Origin: a virus
Lineage: Duplodnaviria > Heunggongvirae > Uroviricota > Caudoviricetes
Length of the DNA stretch: 64,000 nt
IMG/VR virus record: IMGVR_UViG_3300017565_000001
Coordinates: 333,741 to 397,740 of that record
Direction: 5' to 3' (one strand)
Part shown: positions 37,252 through 46,909 of the stretch, piece after piece
Layout of the letters: each line of letters opens with the position of its first letter
Numbering within the stretch: position 1 is the first letter of the stretch
Position numbers and translations under genes: made by a program
The notes under the pieces: generated by a model
Told to the model about the DNA's origin: nothing
What the model saw: only the letters and a program-made list of their open reading frames with translations
Databases searched by the model: none

Positions 37252-39746
37252 GTACCTTTGTTCTTGTTCTGATCAACTTGTTCAGGTTTCCAACCGAATG
37301 CTTGGAAAATCTGATACAGGGGCATCCGTTGGGCATCTATACGTTGACGAAACATACCACCTTCAAAGTGGTGATTAATTTTGGTGACCTTGTAAACACC
37401 CGTAAACGTATCATTTTCATTGAAAACGGGATTGTTGGTGTTGTCATCATATCCTTGTGGATATTTGAATTTCAACAGAAATAGTATGTCACCATCGTCC
37501 AAATTGGTTCGAGTTGGTTCATTCTTGTTCAAATTATCTCGAACAATGTTTGAACTAGCACCAGCCTGATAGTAATTTGTGAACGAGCGTTCCAAACCAC
37601 CTGCCCCTAGCCAATATGGATCACCGATAATCTCCATACTCAAATTCTGCAGGGAGCCACCTTGAGTGGAGTACAATTGATCCATTACCGCACCGTAAAT
37701 CGAACGATCTCGGTGGTAATAATCCGGGAATGCACCACTCATAAGGAACCTAGTGTCTTCGTTTGATTGCTGGATAGTTACTGGCATGGGTGCTTGTTGC
37801 ATCAATGCCTTGCTTTCTTCTTTAACTTCTTCAGCATATTTGATTGCCGTGCGATCAGGAGCAATGGTACCAATACGAGACTGTGCAATGCGGTTAAAAT
37901 CCTGAATGGAATTACCCAAAGTACGATTCAATGAGTCAATTCGATTCTGAATGTCATCAACATCGGCACCAACAAATTCTTTATATTTGTCAAGTTCTTG
38001 ACGTTGCTTGTCGATTTGTGCTTGCAAATCTAGTTGCTTCGCCTTATCAGTAGTCTTGGCCTGCTCGTCTTCAAGCTGACGGACCCTGGTGGTTCTATTA
38101 CCAATTTCGTCACGTTGACGAACCAAATCAGCCAATTCTCGTTGATCTTTTGTGATACTTTCACGGTTCAAATACATGGCATGGGTAGTATTGGATTCAA
38201 TCGAATTACCAAAACCAGCCACACGCGGTAGCAAAGCCGCCCACGTTGTATTGAACGAAATGTCCAGATTTGTGACTTCGGTGTTTAAACCAGTGAACAA
38301 ATAATCATATCGTTTGGACAAATAGCCAGCCTTGCGCATAGTAAGGACGTTTCTGGCTTGTGCCCTGGGGTCTTTACTGATATCAACTTGAGCTGACGAA
38401 ATAATTGGCTCTTGGGTGAAATATGGGATGACTGTGAAGATGTACTTGAGTTTGTAGCTTTCAGTCACATGATCGTAATCATTGATTTCAACTGTTGGAA
38501 CCACCCTAAACACAACGGTACTCTTGATCTCCTTCTTGCCATCTGTCAAGTTGGATTGTGTCATTACAGCCTTACCAAGCTTTTGTGCTGCTTCGCTGTT
38601 GGCCATAAGCATTTCAACGATGTCGTGAATCTTAGCACCACGACCGAATGTACCAGTCGCATTACCAGCACCATCCAGGGAAAGATGTCGTTGTGTGTTC
38701 ACATCTTGTTCGTTTGCAGAAACGATTTTGAAACCAGCAGGATCGATTTCCTGACCATCGTATATGAACTTTTGGACTCGGAATTCGTAAAGTCGATAGG
38801 TGGGGTCTTTGTACATTTCAGCATAAGCTTTGTTCAAAGATTCAGCCAATGCACTCAACATTGCTCCTACGGTATTTGCTTGAGGCATCATGCTGAATGG
38901 AAGAGTATAGTCGTCACCATTTAGAGTGGCCTCTTCAAACGGCATCATAGTCATATGATACGTGCTTCCCTCTTCCGTGAAATTAGTCTGCACATCAAGA
39001 ATCTTCAAGAAATACAACCATGAACCCTTATTGGGGAAATCGGCACATGGGTTTATGGCAAATGTACCATCTTCGTTATAGCCCTGGAAACGAACCTCCA
39101 GAAAATACGACATCTTGGCGAAATTCCTAACCTTCAATTCACGAGCTGAATTGGCAACCATGTCCATGAAATTCACACCCATGGGTTCCTTAATCACCAT
39201 ATCGATTTTGGTGGCACTCATGCTGCGAGTCTTGGGATTGGGTGATGGCACTGTTTCAATATTCAAACTCATGATGCTGAGTCCAGTAGTGCCTGTTTCC
39301 ACGATAGTTGTTTGTTTGCGTCCACTGATTTCCTTTAACAATGAAGGATAATCAGTAATGTTGGAATAATTGAATGGGCTATCATCAGTCATAAACAGGC
39401 GAGCGTGATAGGTGGCTTGGCGCACACCACTCAACACATTCGCATTCCAACCATCCAAAGAGTTCAGAGCCTCAAAGGGAGTATCAGGGTTGATACCTTC
39501 AGGAGTTTGTGATGGCTGCGTTTTGGCATTTTGTTCGGCCTGAGCCTTCTGCGCTGCTTCGGTCTTCTTGGCAACTTCTTCTAGTTCCTTGAGTTTGGTT
39601 TTTCCAAACTCAACCGCCTGACCGGCAGCGTCATATACCGTGCTTACGGCATTAGTTACCTTGGAGGTAAGAGTATCAAAAAGCGAATTCCCTTGGCTTG
39701 GTGCTGGGGAATCCGAATCTACAAAGTCTGGCGTCTTATTTGCCAT
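37248..39746 (-). CDS. putative baseplate hub protein (gp27-like position)
   Basis: I.EP.G..F, K.YDY.FTG.N.EV..LDI.FN, I.GDPYWL, F.G.Y.V.KI.H.FE.G.F.Q; located between gp53 and gp5. Confidence 0.6.
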   Translation of the reverse strand: MANKTPDFVDSDSPAPSQGNSLFDTLTSKVTNAVSTVYDAAGQAVEFGKTKLKELEEVAKKTEAAQKAQAEQNAKTQPSQTPEGINPDTPFEALNSLDGWNANVLSGVRQATYHARLFMTDDSPFNYSNITDYPSLLKEISGRKQTTIVETGTTGLSIMSLNIETVPSPNPKTRSMSATKIDMVIKEPMGVNFMDMVANSARELKVRNFAKMSYFLEVRFQGYNEDGTFAINPCADFPNKGSWLYFLKILDVQTNFTEEGSTYHMTMMPFEEATLNGDDYTLPFSMMPQANTVGAMLSALAESLNKAYAEMYKDPTYRLYEFRVQKFIYDGQEIDPAGFKIVSANEQDVNTQRHLSLDGAGNATGTFGRGAKIHDIVEMLMANSEAAQKLGKAVMTQSNLTDGKKEIKSTVVFRVVPTVEINDYDHVTESYKLKYIFTVIPYFTQEPIISSAQVDISKDPRAQARNVLTMRKAGYLSKRYDYLFTGLNTEVTNLDISFNTTWAALLPRVAGFGNSIESNTTHAMYLNRESITKDQRELADLVRQRDEIGNRTTRVRQLEDEQAKTTDKAKQLDLQAQIDKQRQELDKYKEFVGADVDDIQNRIDSLNRTLGNSIQDFNRIAQSRIGTIAPDRTAIKYAEEVKEESKALMQQAPMPVTIQQSNEDTRFLMSGAFPDYYHRDRSIYGAVMDQLYSTQGGSLQNLSMEIIGDPYWLGAGGLERSFTNYYQAGASSNIVRDNLNKNEPTRTNLDDGDILFLLKFKYPQGYDDNTNNPVFNENDTFTGVYKVTKINHHFEGGMFRQRIDAQRMPLYQIFQAFGWKPEQVDQNKNKGT

Positions 39747-40057
39747 TAGGTCATCAATCCTTCAATTCTTGTTTTTGTTGGAACCCAAATCTTCACATTT
39801 GCTTGAAAATCCCAAATGGGATCACGAATCAAGTTCATATTTCTAACCATGAACACCCACCAATATGACGGCGTGCCATAGAAGTCGTAACTCATGAGAT
39901 CAGGTCTAAACTGATACTTAGTTGAAATTTCTTCATACGTATCCGTACTATCTGGCAGCACTTCCCTTAGGGTAATTGGCAGCAAATACCAATTAGTTTG
40001 GTACGTATCAACGTATGGTGATTGAGCAGAATATTGTTGGCGTGGCATTAGATCCAT
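39746..40057 (-). CDS. gp53: baseplate wedge protein gp53-like (LysM-like)
   Basis: RPDLMSYD.YG....WWVF..RN.....DPI.DF. Confidence 0.8.
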   Translation of the reverse strand: MDLMPRQQYSAQSPYVDTYQTNWYLLPITLREVLPDSTDTYEEISTKYQFRPDLMSYDFYGTPSYWWVFMVRNMNLIRDPIWDFQANVKIWVPTKTRIEGLMT

Positions 40058-40884
40058 CCCTTGTTTTTCATGAGTTTGCCGGTGCGAAAGTCGTCCAGAT
40101 TGAATTCCTCGCGCAATCTCTTGGGAGTATTTTGAACCACCAAAGTCATTGTTATTTGCAAAACAGAGGGTAATCTAGCTGTGCCACCTGCTGTTTCGAT
40201 ATCAATATAGTGGGCGTCTTTACCCAACGAATATCCATGATCAGTCAAAATAACTGGAAGATCGTTGAACATGTACTCACCATAACCAGAGAACAACAGA
40301 ACAGGTGGTGGCATACCAGGTGTCTTATTGGTTTTACCAAAATACATCTTGGATACCGTACGCAGGAAGTGAATCACAGCCAACATATATTGGCCTTCCC
40401 GATAGTTGGAGATAGTGAAGTCACCAGTAAGTCTGAACTGAGTGCTGGGCGTACTTTTGTAGATCTTGTAATCTTGATTGGTATGAGTGAGTGAGGTGGT
40501 TGCGTAATCGACTGATTGCGTCCAATCAATAGTTGGGGTGTAGGGGAACAACAGACCATTGGTCTCGTACATGATTTTCAACAAGTTGGACGGATCATTG
40601 GGACCGTATACTTGATCTGGTTGCATGGCACGAAGGCGGACTCGATTGTCCGCCGTGTTGGGCGTAGGAAGCCCTAGAGCACCCTGGAGTTGATCAATGC
40701 TGTCAAACTGTAGATTCGCGGAAAGAGCTCCCACGGGATCATCCAGAAACCCCAAAGCTGTTTGTTTTGCTTTATTGACGGTTGCGACTACTCCAGTAAC
40801 GTCAGCGACTGTCGTCTTGACATTGTTTGCTACTGAACCGGCCTGTCTTGCCAAACTATTGATTTTATCAAATGGACTCGCCAT
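40048..40884 (-). CDS. baseplate/tail-tube junction protein (gp48/gp54-like)
   Basis: G..FPYTP.I, Y......HTN, HFLRTVSKM.FG, G.PPP.L.FSGYG.YMF..LPV. Confidence 0.6.
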   Translation of the reverse strand: MASPFDKINSLARQAGSVANNVKTTVADVTGVVATVNKAKQTALGFLDDPVGALSANLQFDSIDQLQGALGLPTPNTADNRVRLRAMQPDQVYGPNDPSNLLKIMYETNGLLFPYTPTIDWTQSVDYATTSLTHTNQDYKIYKSTPSTQFRLTGDFTISNYREGQYMLAVIHFLRTVSKMYFGKTNKTPGMPPPVLLFSGYGEYMFNDLPVILTDHGYSLGKDAHYIDIETAGGTARLPSVLQITMTLVVQNTPKRLREEFNLDDFRTGKLMKNKGWI

Positions 40885-41422
40885 CTCGGATACCTAACCC
40901 CTGCCTGACCGCGTGGTATAGTTCTGCGATCACGGAAGGGTCAGCTTCTGGGACGCAGCTTGAGAATTCCTCAAAGTTCCCTTCAGCGGCAAGTTTCCGA
41001 GCCTGAGTTGCGGAATAGTCTTCAGCAGTACGTTCGATCACATACGTGTCGATTTCTTTAAGACCCAGAGCCTTTTCAGGATCAGGGTGGCCAATGTACT
41101 GTTTCAAACCCTTGATTAGATCGCCATCACGATCTTCACCAATTACAAGAACTCCCCTTTCATATCCTTGTTGCGCCAATTCACGGCAAACCGTGAACGC
41201 ATTGACGCATGACTGGAACTCAGTATTGGGAAAGAACTCCTTCAGAAAATGCAATTTCTGCTCAACTGAAAGTGGATTCTTCTTGCTGTCCTGGGAACGT
41301 GTCACGAACAGGCGGCAATCTGATCCGGTTGTTCGAGCCAACTCATGGGCTGCTCTAAAGAGCTTCTCATGTCCCTTCGTGGGAGGGTTGATTCGTCCGG
41401 TTGTAAATACTACCTGTTTCAT
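40868..41422 (-). CDS. cytidylyltransferase-like (HIGH-family nucleotidyltransferase)
   Basis: T.GR.NPPTKGHEKL, SQD.KKNPL, G.DR, SATQAR. Confidence 0.8.
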   Translation of the reverse strand: MKQVVFTTGRINPPTKGHEKLFRAAHELARTTGSDCRLFVTRSQDSKKNPLSVEQKLHFLKEFFPNTEFQSCVNAFTVCRELAQQGYERGVLVIGEDRDGDLIKGLKQYIGHPDPEKALGLKEIDTYVIERTAEDYSATQARKLAAEGNFEEFSSCVPEADPSVIAELYHAVRQGLGIRDGESI

Positions 41423-41566
41423 GTTTTCCTCATATTTATGGAGAGTATTAAGTGCCTATATAACTGGAGTTATTCATCTGTTGCCAATATTGCTGGTACC
41501 CAAACATGGTACTAGAGTTAACCCATAGCTTCAACAAAGCTTATAAAAACAATAACAGAGAGCAGT

Positions 41567-42436
41567 ATGACTGACCAAATTAAACAACCCGTAAAGTACC
41601 TGAACAATAAGGAACTACTGGCTGAAATTCACAAGAGTAAACTCACGTATTGTGTGAGTCTCGCTCCCGAATACTCCATGTATGACGCTATTGTGGCAAA
41701 ACGCACTGATATAACTGATGAAGTGCTGGAAGCTGCAAGAATCCGCAAAGCTCATCTGTTGAGCCAAAGCGCCAAAGCTGTCCTCAGAGCTGAAGGTGCC
41801 AAACAATCAGTACTCAAGGAAGCCGTTATTGATCCCCTGACTATTCCCATGGAACAAGTCGTAATCAGGGTCATGACTTCCGAACACATTCCCCTTGATC
41901 CCGATCGCAAGCGTAAGGGTAAGGGCGAAAACGCAGATCACAAACGCACCCCCTTCCTGCCCTTCAAACACTTCATTCGCAAAGATGGCGAACTCGTGGA
42001 AGTATTGCGCTCGCATTGGACTGGTGATTTTGAAACCGGCCACTTTGACATGGATCAAGGTCGTATGACGAACGGACTGGCTGTCATGTTTATGATGCTG
42101 GTTGATCGATATGCTCGCCGTTATAACTGGCGGGGCTATACGTATCTGGATGAAATGAAGAGCCATGCTTTGTTGCAGCTCAGCCAGATCGGTCTGCAAT
42201 TTAACGAAGCCGTTTCCGATAATCCTTTCGCATTTTACACGACCACGGTGAAGAACTGTTTCACTCGTGTGCTTAATCTGGAAAAGAAGAATCAAACCAT
42301 CCGTGATGATATTTTGATCATGAATGGCGTCACACCATCATACACTCGCCAAACCGACTATGAATACGAACGTGGTGCCGCGGCCAATACTTCAGAAGTG
42401 ATTACCTACACGGGCGATCAACTGGACAACGAATAA
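41567..42436 (+). CDS. gp55: late-transcription sigma factor gp55-like
   Basis: YLNNKELL, NWRGYTY.DEM, F....S.NPFA.YT....N.F.R.L..EKK. Confidence 0.85.
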   Translation: MTDQIKQPVKYLNNKELLAEIHKSKLTYCVSLAPEYSMYDAIVAKRTDITDEVLEAARIRKAHLLSQSAKAVLRAEGAKQSVLKEAVIDPLTIPMEQVVIRVMTSEHIPLDPDRKRKGKGENADHKRTPFLPFKHFIRKDGELVEVLRSHWTGDFETGHFDMDQGRMTNGLAVMFMMLVDRYARRYNWRGYTYLDEMKSHALLQLSQIGLQFNEAVSDNPFAFYTTTVKNCFTRVLNLEKKNQTIRDDILIMNGVTPSYTRQTDYEYERGAAANTSEVITYTGDQLDNE

Positions 42437-42487
42437 TTTTTGTGCGCTGCCGCGACAAATACTACAATAGAATCATAGAAGGTAAAC

Positions 42488-43504
42488 ATGGCAGAACTAT
42501 TTGAAAAGATTGCTGGTTTCACAGATATTCACTTCGGTAGAAAGGGCAACGATCGACAGGCAAACCAGGACAATGAAGATTTCATTACCTGGTTTATTGA
42601 AGAAGCACAAGCTTGGGGCGCCAAGCAAATGGTCTTCTGTGGCGATTGGCACGATAACCGACACAATCTGCACGTAAGCACAATGAATTACAGTCTGAGC
42701 AACATGGAACGGCTCAGCAAAGCATTTGAGAAAGTTTGGTTTATTCCCGGAAACCACGATTTGTTCTATCGCGAAAAGCGTGAGATCAATAGCGTGGAAT
42801 TCGGCCGCAATATTCCAAACATGACCATTATTAACGAACCCACGACTATCGACGGTGTGACATTCATGCCGTGGCTAGTCGGTGAGGAATGGGAGAAAAT
42901 CCCTGAAATCGAGAGCCGATATATGTTCGGCCACTTCGAATTGCCTCACTTCTTTATGAATGGCCAGGTAGAAATGCCCGACCATGGTGGTTTGAGATCT
43001 GATCACTTTAAACATCAGGAATATGTTTTTAGTGGTCACTTCCACAAGCGACAGTCGAGAGGTAATGTGGTTTATGTGGGTAACCCATTCCCCTTTAATT
43101 TCAGTGATGCATGGGATGATGACAGAGGTGCATTCTTTCTGGAATGGGGCCAAGAGCCCTTTTTCAAAGAATGGCAGGATGCACCCAAGTATCGCACCAT
43201 GAAAGTTAGTGAGCTCCTGGAGGCACCAGAACGTTTCATGCTTCCCAGATCGTATAACCGCGCCAGTATTGACGTGGATATTTCGTATGAAGAAGCGCAA
43301 TTCATCAAAGAGACTTTCATTACTCAATTCAAGGCCCGGAAAATTGATCTGGTTCCCATGAATAAAGAGGAAGAGAATCAGGAATTTGATGACAGCGTGA
43401 TGTTCCAGAGTATCGATCAAATCGTCATTGAGGGTTTGAATTCGGTTCAAAGCACTGGCATCAAGAACGAAACACTGGTAAGCATCTATAACGGACTCAA
43501 ATAA
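42488..43504 (+). CDS. gp47: recombination endonuclease gp47 (Mre11/SbcD-like)
   Basis: TDIHFG, GDWHDNR, GNHD, GHFE, SGHFH. Confidence 0.92.
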   Translation: MAELFEKIAGFTDIHFGRKGNDRQANQDNEDFITWFIEEAQAWGAKQMVFCGDWHDNRHNLHVSTMNYSLSNMERLSKAFEKVWFIPGNHDLFYREKREINSVEFGRNIPNMTIINEPTTIDGVTFMPWLVGEEWEKIPEIESRYMFGHFELPHFFMNGQVEMPDHGGLRSDHFKHQEYVFSGHFHKRQSRGNVVYVGNPFPFNFSDAWDDDRGAFFLEWGQEPFFKEWQDAPKYRTMKVSELLEAPERFMLPRSYNRASIDVDISYEEAQFIKETFITQFKARKIDLVPMNKEEENQEFDDSVMFQSIDQIVIEGLNSVQSTGIKNETLVSIYNGLK

Positions 43505-45288
43505 TGTTGAAAATCACTGATGTGTCAATGCGTAATTTCCTCAGCGTTGGCAATGCACCTCAATCGGTAAAGCTCTGTGACAAGGGTCTTACCCTTGTCC
43601 TGGGTGAAAATATGGACACTGGCGGCGTGAATAGCCGCAATGGTGTTGGTAAGAGCACACTCCTGCAAGCCGTATCGTTCGGCTTGTTTGGTATCCCCTT
43701 GAGTAACATCAAGAAGGATAACTTGGTGAATAATATCAATGCCAAGAACATGGTTGTTAGCATCAGCTTTGAGCGCGACAACAAGAAATACAAGATCGAA
43801 CGCGGCCGTAAGCCGCAATTCGTCCGCTATTATGTGGATGATGGTTTGGTAAACGACGCCAATACTGACGAAAGTCAGGGCGACTCACGCAATACGCAAG
43901 CTGAGATTGAGAAGGTTCTGGGCTTTAGCCATGACATGTTCCGTCACATTGTGGCCATGAACACGTACACGGAACCATTCTTGAAGCTGAAGCCGGGCGA
44001 CCAACGTCAGATTATTGAAGAACTGTTGGGTATCACCCAAATCAGCACTCGTTCAGATGTTTTGAAAGAGTTGATTAAGGGCACCAAGGATTCGGTTAAG
44101 GAAGAAGAGTTTCGCATTAAGGCTGTTCTGGAAAGTAACCAGAAAATCCAATATGCGATTAATGACCTGGATGCCAAAAGCAAGCATTGGAATCAAGGTC
44201 AGCGTAATCGAATTGATCAGGCAATGAACCAGTTGAAGGGGTTGCAAGACCTTGACATTGAAGCTGAAATTGAGGCCCACAAGCTGATTGTGGATTTTAA
44301 GACGCTCACAGCTGAAATAACCAGAGCTCGTAAGGATTTGCATCGCCAGGAAAATGACCTGATGACGCGAAACAAAATGTATGAGCGTTTGGTTGCCCAT
44401 TATGCTTCGGCACAAGAGCACAAATGTCATGCTTGTGGACAAGACATTCATGATGATTCACATGAGCGCCAAATTGCTGATCTAAAGAAGCAAATTGACA
44501 AGGCTGAGCCAGAGCTTCTCCAAGCTGCTTCGGATGTTGAGGCAACCCAAGCTCTGATTCAAGAACTTCGAGACGCACTGGCGTCGATTGGTGACGAACC
44601 AGTCACTACCTATGCAACTTTGGAGCAAGCTTACGAGCACCGCAACACCATCAACAACCTTCGTGAGACTATCGCTCGTGAAGAAGCCAGTCTGAATCCA
44701 TACATGGAACAGATTGAGACTTTGAAATCGAATGGGTTGCAGCCAGTCTCATATGATGTTTTGAATGAACTACAAGTGTTGCTGAAACATCAGGATTTCT
44801 TGTTGAAACTTCTAACCAGCAAGGATTCGTTTATTCGCAAGAAGATCATCGACCAGAATATCAACCACTTGAATCATCGGTTGAACTACTACTTGGAAAA
44901 GCTGGGTTTGCCACACGAAGTTCGTTTCAAGAGCGATCTGAGTGTTGAAATCTCGCTGCTGGGTCGCGACTTTGACTTTGAACAATTGTCGCGTGGTGAG
45001 ATGAACCGTGTTATTTTGTCCACTAGCTGGGCCTTCCGTGATGTATGGGAAAGCTTGAATCAAACAGTTAATCTGATGTTTGTTGATGAAATGATCGATA
45101 ATGGTCTGGATCAACAAGGTGCAGAAAGTGCCCTGGAGCTGATGAAGCGCATGGCACGTGAACGTGGCAAGAATATTTTCTTGATCTCCCACAAGGATGA
45201 ACTGATTGGTCGAGTTAATACTATTCTGAAGGTCAAGAAAGAAAACTCGTTTACTAAATTTGAGGCAAACGCAGAAGATGCAGAATGA
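43504..45288 (+). CDS. gp46: recombination ATPase gp46 (Rad50/SbcC-like)
   Basis: NFLSVGN, Walker A NGVGKS, CHAC zinc hook, LSRGE, Walker B FVDE, ISH. Confidence 0.93.
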   Translation: MLKITDVSMRNFLSVGNAPQSVKLCDKGLTLVLGENMDTGGVNSRNGVGKSTLLQAVSFGLFGIPLSNIKKDNLVNNINAKNMVVSISFERDNKKYKIERGRKPQFVRYYVDDGLVNDANTDESQGDSRNTQAEIEKVLGFSHDMFRHIVAMNTYTEPFLKLKPGDQRQIIEELLGITQISTRSDVLKELIKGTKDSVKEEEFRIKAVLESNQKIQYAINDLDAKSKHWNQGQRNRIDQAMNQLKGLQDLDIEAEIEAHKLIVDFKTLTAEITRARKDLHRQENDLMTRNKMYERLVAHYASAQEHKCHACGQDIHDDSHERQIADLKKQIDKAEPELLQAASDVEATQALIQELRDALASIGDEPVTTYATLEQAYEHRNTINNLRETIAREEASLNPYMEQIETLKSNGLQPVSYDVLNELQVLLKHQDFLLKLLTSKDSFIRKKIIDQNINHLNHRLNYYLEKLGLPHEVRFKSDLSVEISLLGRDFDFEQLSRGEMNRVILSTSWAFRDVWESLNQTVNLMFVDEMIDNGLDQQGAESALELMKRMARERGKNIFLISHKDELIGRVNTILKVKKENSFTKFEANAEDAE

Positions 45289-45676
45289 CGATCAGGAATG
45301 GTCGGTCGAGCATGTAACGGTGGATCCCAATGAAGCTGGTTGGGATCCAGCAATGCTTTACAGACATGAGTTCCAATACCGAATGTTTTTCAAGAAGTCA
45401 CAATACGATTTCACCAACGCTATGGCATTGGCTGATCTCAGATATATGCTTTCTGAGCAGTGTGGCGAAGAAGATAAGGACTGGGTCGTTGAACAATGTT
45501 CAGACTACAGAACTGGGGATGACGAGCGTTATGGCAACGCCGTATATCTGACTAGCATGACTTGGATGCTAATGATGAAGCTAGACGGGAATATGAGTAA
45601 TGAGGTCGATTACTTACGCGATACAAGTGAGCATTTCTGGAAAGCTGCTACCATCATCGAAACAAGAGCTGGATAA
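45278..45676 (+). CDS. hypothetical protein
   Basis: ORF overlapping the gp46 end, followed by a terminator hairpin. Confidence 0.6.
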   Translation: MQNDDQEWSVEHVTVDPNEAGWDPAMLYRHEFQYRMFFKKSQYDFTNAMALADLRYMLSEQCGEEDKDWVVEQCSDYRTGDDERYGNAVYLTSMTWMLMMKLDGNMSNEVDYLRDTSEHFWKAATIIETRAG

Positions 45677-46108
45677 ACATAAAGCCCCATTAGGGGCTTT
45701 ATTTTCGTCGAAATAATGAATCTTTTTCACGAGTTCTCGATGACACATCATCAAGATCAATACGTCACTGCTGTTTTCCAAAAAGACCGACTTGATGAGA
45801 CGGTCTTTGCGATAAGAACAGTATCTGTGTTTGACAATTTTGTATTGACCAGTGGTCAATTGTTTGATGCTGTCAAGCAATTGTCTGGAGGATCGAGAAG
45901 CATCCCCATAGCTCATATCGTGGATATTGAAAAACAGTTGGGCGCCGAAGCCATCTTGTACTGGAGCAACATCAAGGGTCTTGGGAGGAAGACGTTCAGC
46001 CTTCCGTTTTGATGCTCTCAATCGTTTACCGCGGTCAATTGACGGAGAGCTAGTTACAGCGCTCTGAAATTTGTTCCGCTTCTTCCATGCTCGTTTTGAT
46101 TGTTTCAT
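45614..46108 (-). CDS. hypothetical protein with basic N-terminus
   Basis: ATGA coupling to the resolvase gene; C-terminus runs through the terminator hairpin. Confidence 0.55.
   Translation of the reverse strand: MKQSKRAWKKRNKFQSAVTSSPSIDRGKRLRASKRKAERLPPKTLDVAPVQDGFGAQLFFNIHDMSYGDASRSSRQLLDSIKQLTTGQYKIVKHRYCSYRKDRLIKSVFLENSSDVLILMMCHRELVKKIHYFDENKAPNGALCLSSSCFDDGSSFPEMLTCIA
45681..45704. terminator. terminator-like hairpin between converging genes
   Basis: AAAGCCCC-ATTA-GGGGCTTT followed by a T-rich tract. Confidence 0.6.
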
Positions 46109-46617
46109 TTACTCAAATCTAGGATGACGTCTTTGTTATCCGCCACGAACTTCGTCAGTTCTGTGACAACAAAGGAGTTCTTCCCATCATTGTATACGGC
46201 ATGGTTGCCAACCGCAACCTTTGGTGCCAGATCGTGTGAATAGCAGATGAACCAACCCTTACGGTTGATTTTGAATGCTACAAACCATAGATCACCCTCT
46301 TCCACGCAATCAAGAGTCTGCTCAATCCACTTGTCCAATTGTGGCACTTTGCCACCAGTGATAAGGGAATGGAAGGGAAATTCTGCGTAGAACTTACACT
46401 CCAGGACCAATTTTGGCATGTGGCCAGGAGGAATGATGTCTCCCTTTGCGTGCCTTACTTGTCCTTCACTCAAAAATTCACGGCGATGGGCATTCTTACC
46501 ACCAATGTAAGCACCGCTGTTGGGGACGCGAATGAACGAACCACCGAAGGTATTCTTCAAAATGGTACAAAGTTCACGTTCTCCCGAGTTGCCTTTTGCC
46601 TTAGCTTTTCCCGTCAT
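46105..46617 (-). CDS. Holliday junction resolvase-like PD-(D/E)xK nuclease
   Basis: K.KG...ERE, RVPNSG, GDI, ECK motifs as in archaeal-type/phage resolvases. Confidence 0.75.
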   Translation of the reverse strand: MTGKAKAKGNSGERELCTILKNTFGGSFIRVPNSGAYIGGKNAHRREFLSEGQVRHAKGDIIPPGHMPKLVLECKFYAEFPFHSLITGGKVPQLDKWIEQTLDCVEEGDLWFVAFKINRKGWFICYSHDLAPKVAVGNHAVYNDGKNSFVVTELTKFVADNKDVILDLSK

Positions 46618-46672
46618 TATAATTCCTATTCTTATGGGATGGTCCCACCATGTTACAGTGGGACCATAATTG

Positions 46673-46909
46673 TTACAATAATGGCAAGCCAGTCTCTTCC
46701 GTGTTCTTCACACGTTTCTTGACGTCTTCCATCATTTCCATTCTTTCTTTGGGACTCAGCGTCCAAGCTTCTTCCCTACTCAAACTACCCCGCATATACC
46801 ACATGAGTTCGTGGATGAATTGGCGAAGCTCCTTTTGGTCATGAGCCATTTGGGCCAAAAGGTCACCAATATGCTCAGGCGGAGTTTTTAGGAGCCTTGC
46901 CCGAAAAAA
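46673..46909 (-). CDS. gp51-like tail/baseplate chaperone segment, probably expressed by -1 frameshift from the upstream gene
   Basis: WYMRG.LS.EEAW.L...ER motif; frame is open back to the slippery site T TTT TTC at 46903-46909; no SD/ATG of its own. Confidence 0.65.
   Translation of the reverse strand, partial: FFRARLLKTPPEHIGDLLAQMAHDQKELRQFIHELMWYMRGSLSREEAWTLSPKERMEMMEDVKKRVKNTEETGLPLL

Noticed and set aside
46639-46667. Inverted repeat ATGGTCCCAC/GTGGGACCAT as a novel element
   Set aside because: Most simply a terminator or processing hairpin after the chaperone gene; there is no further evidence for anything else
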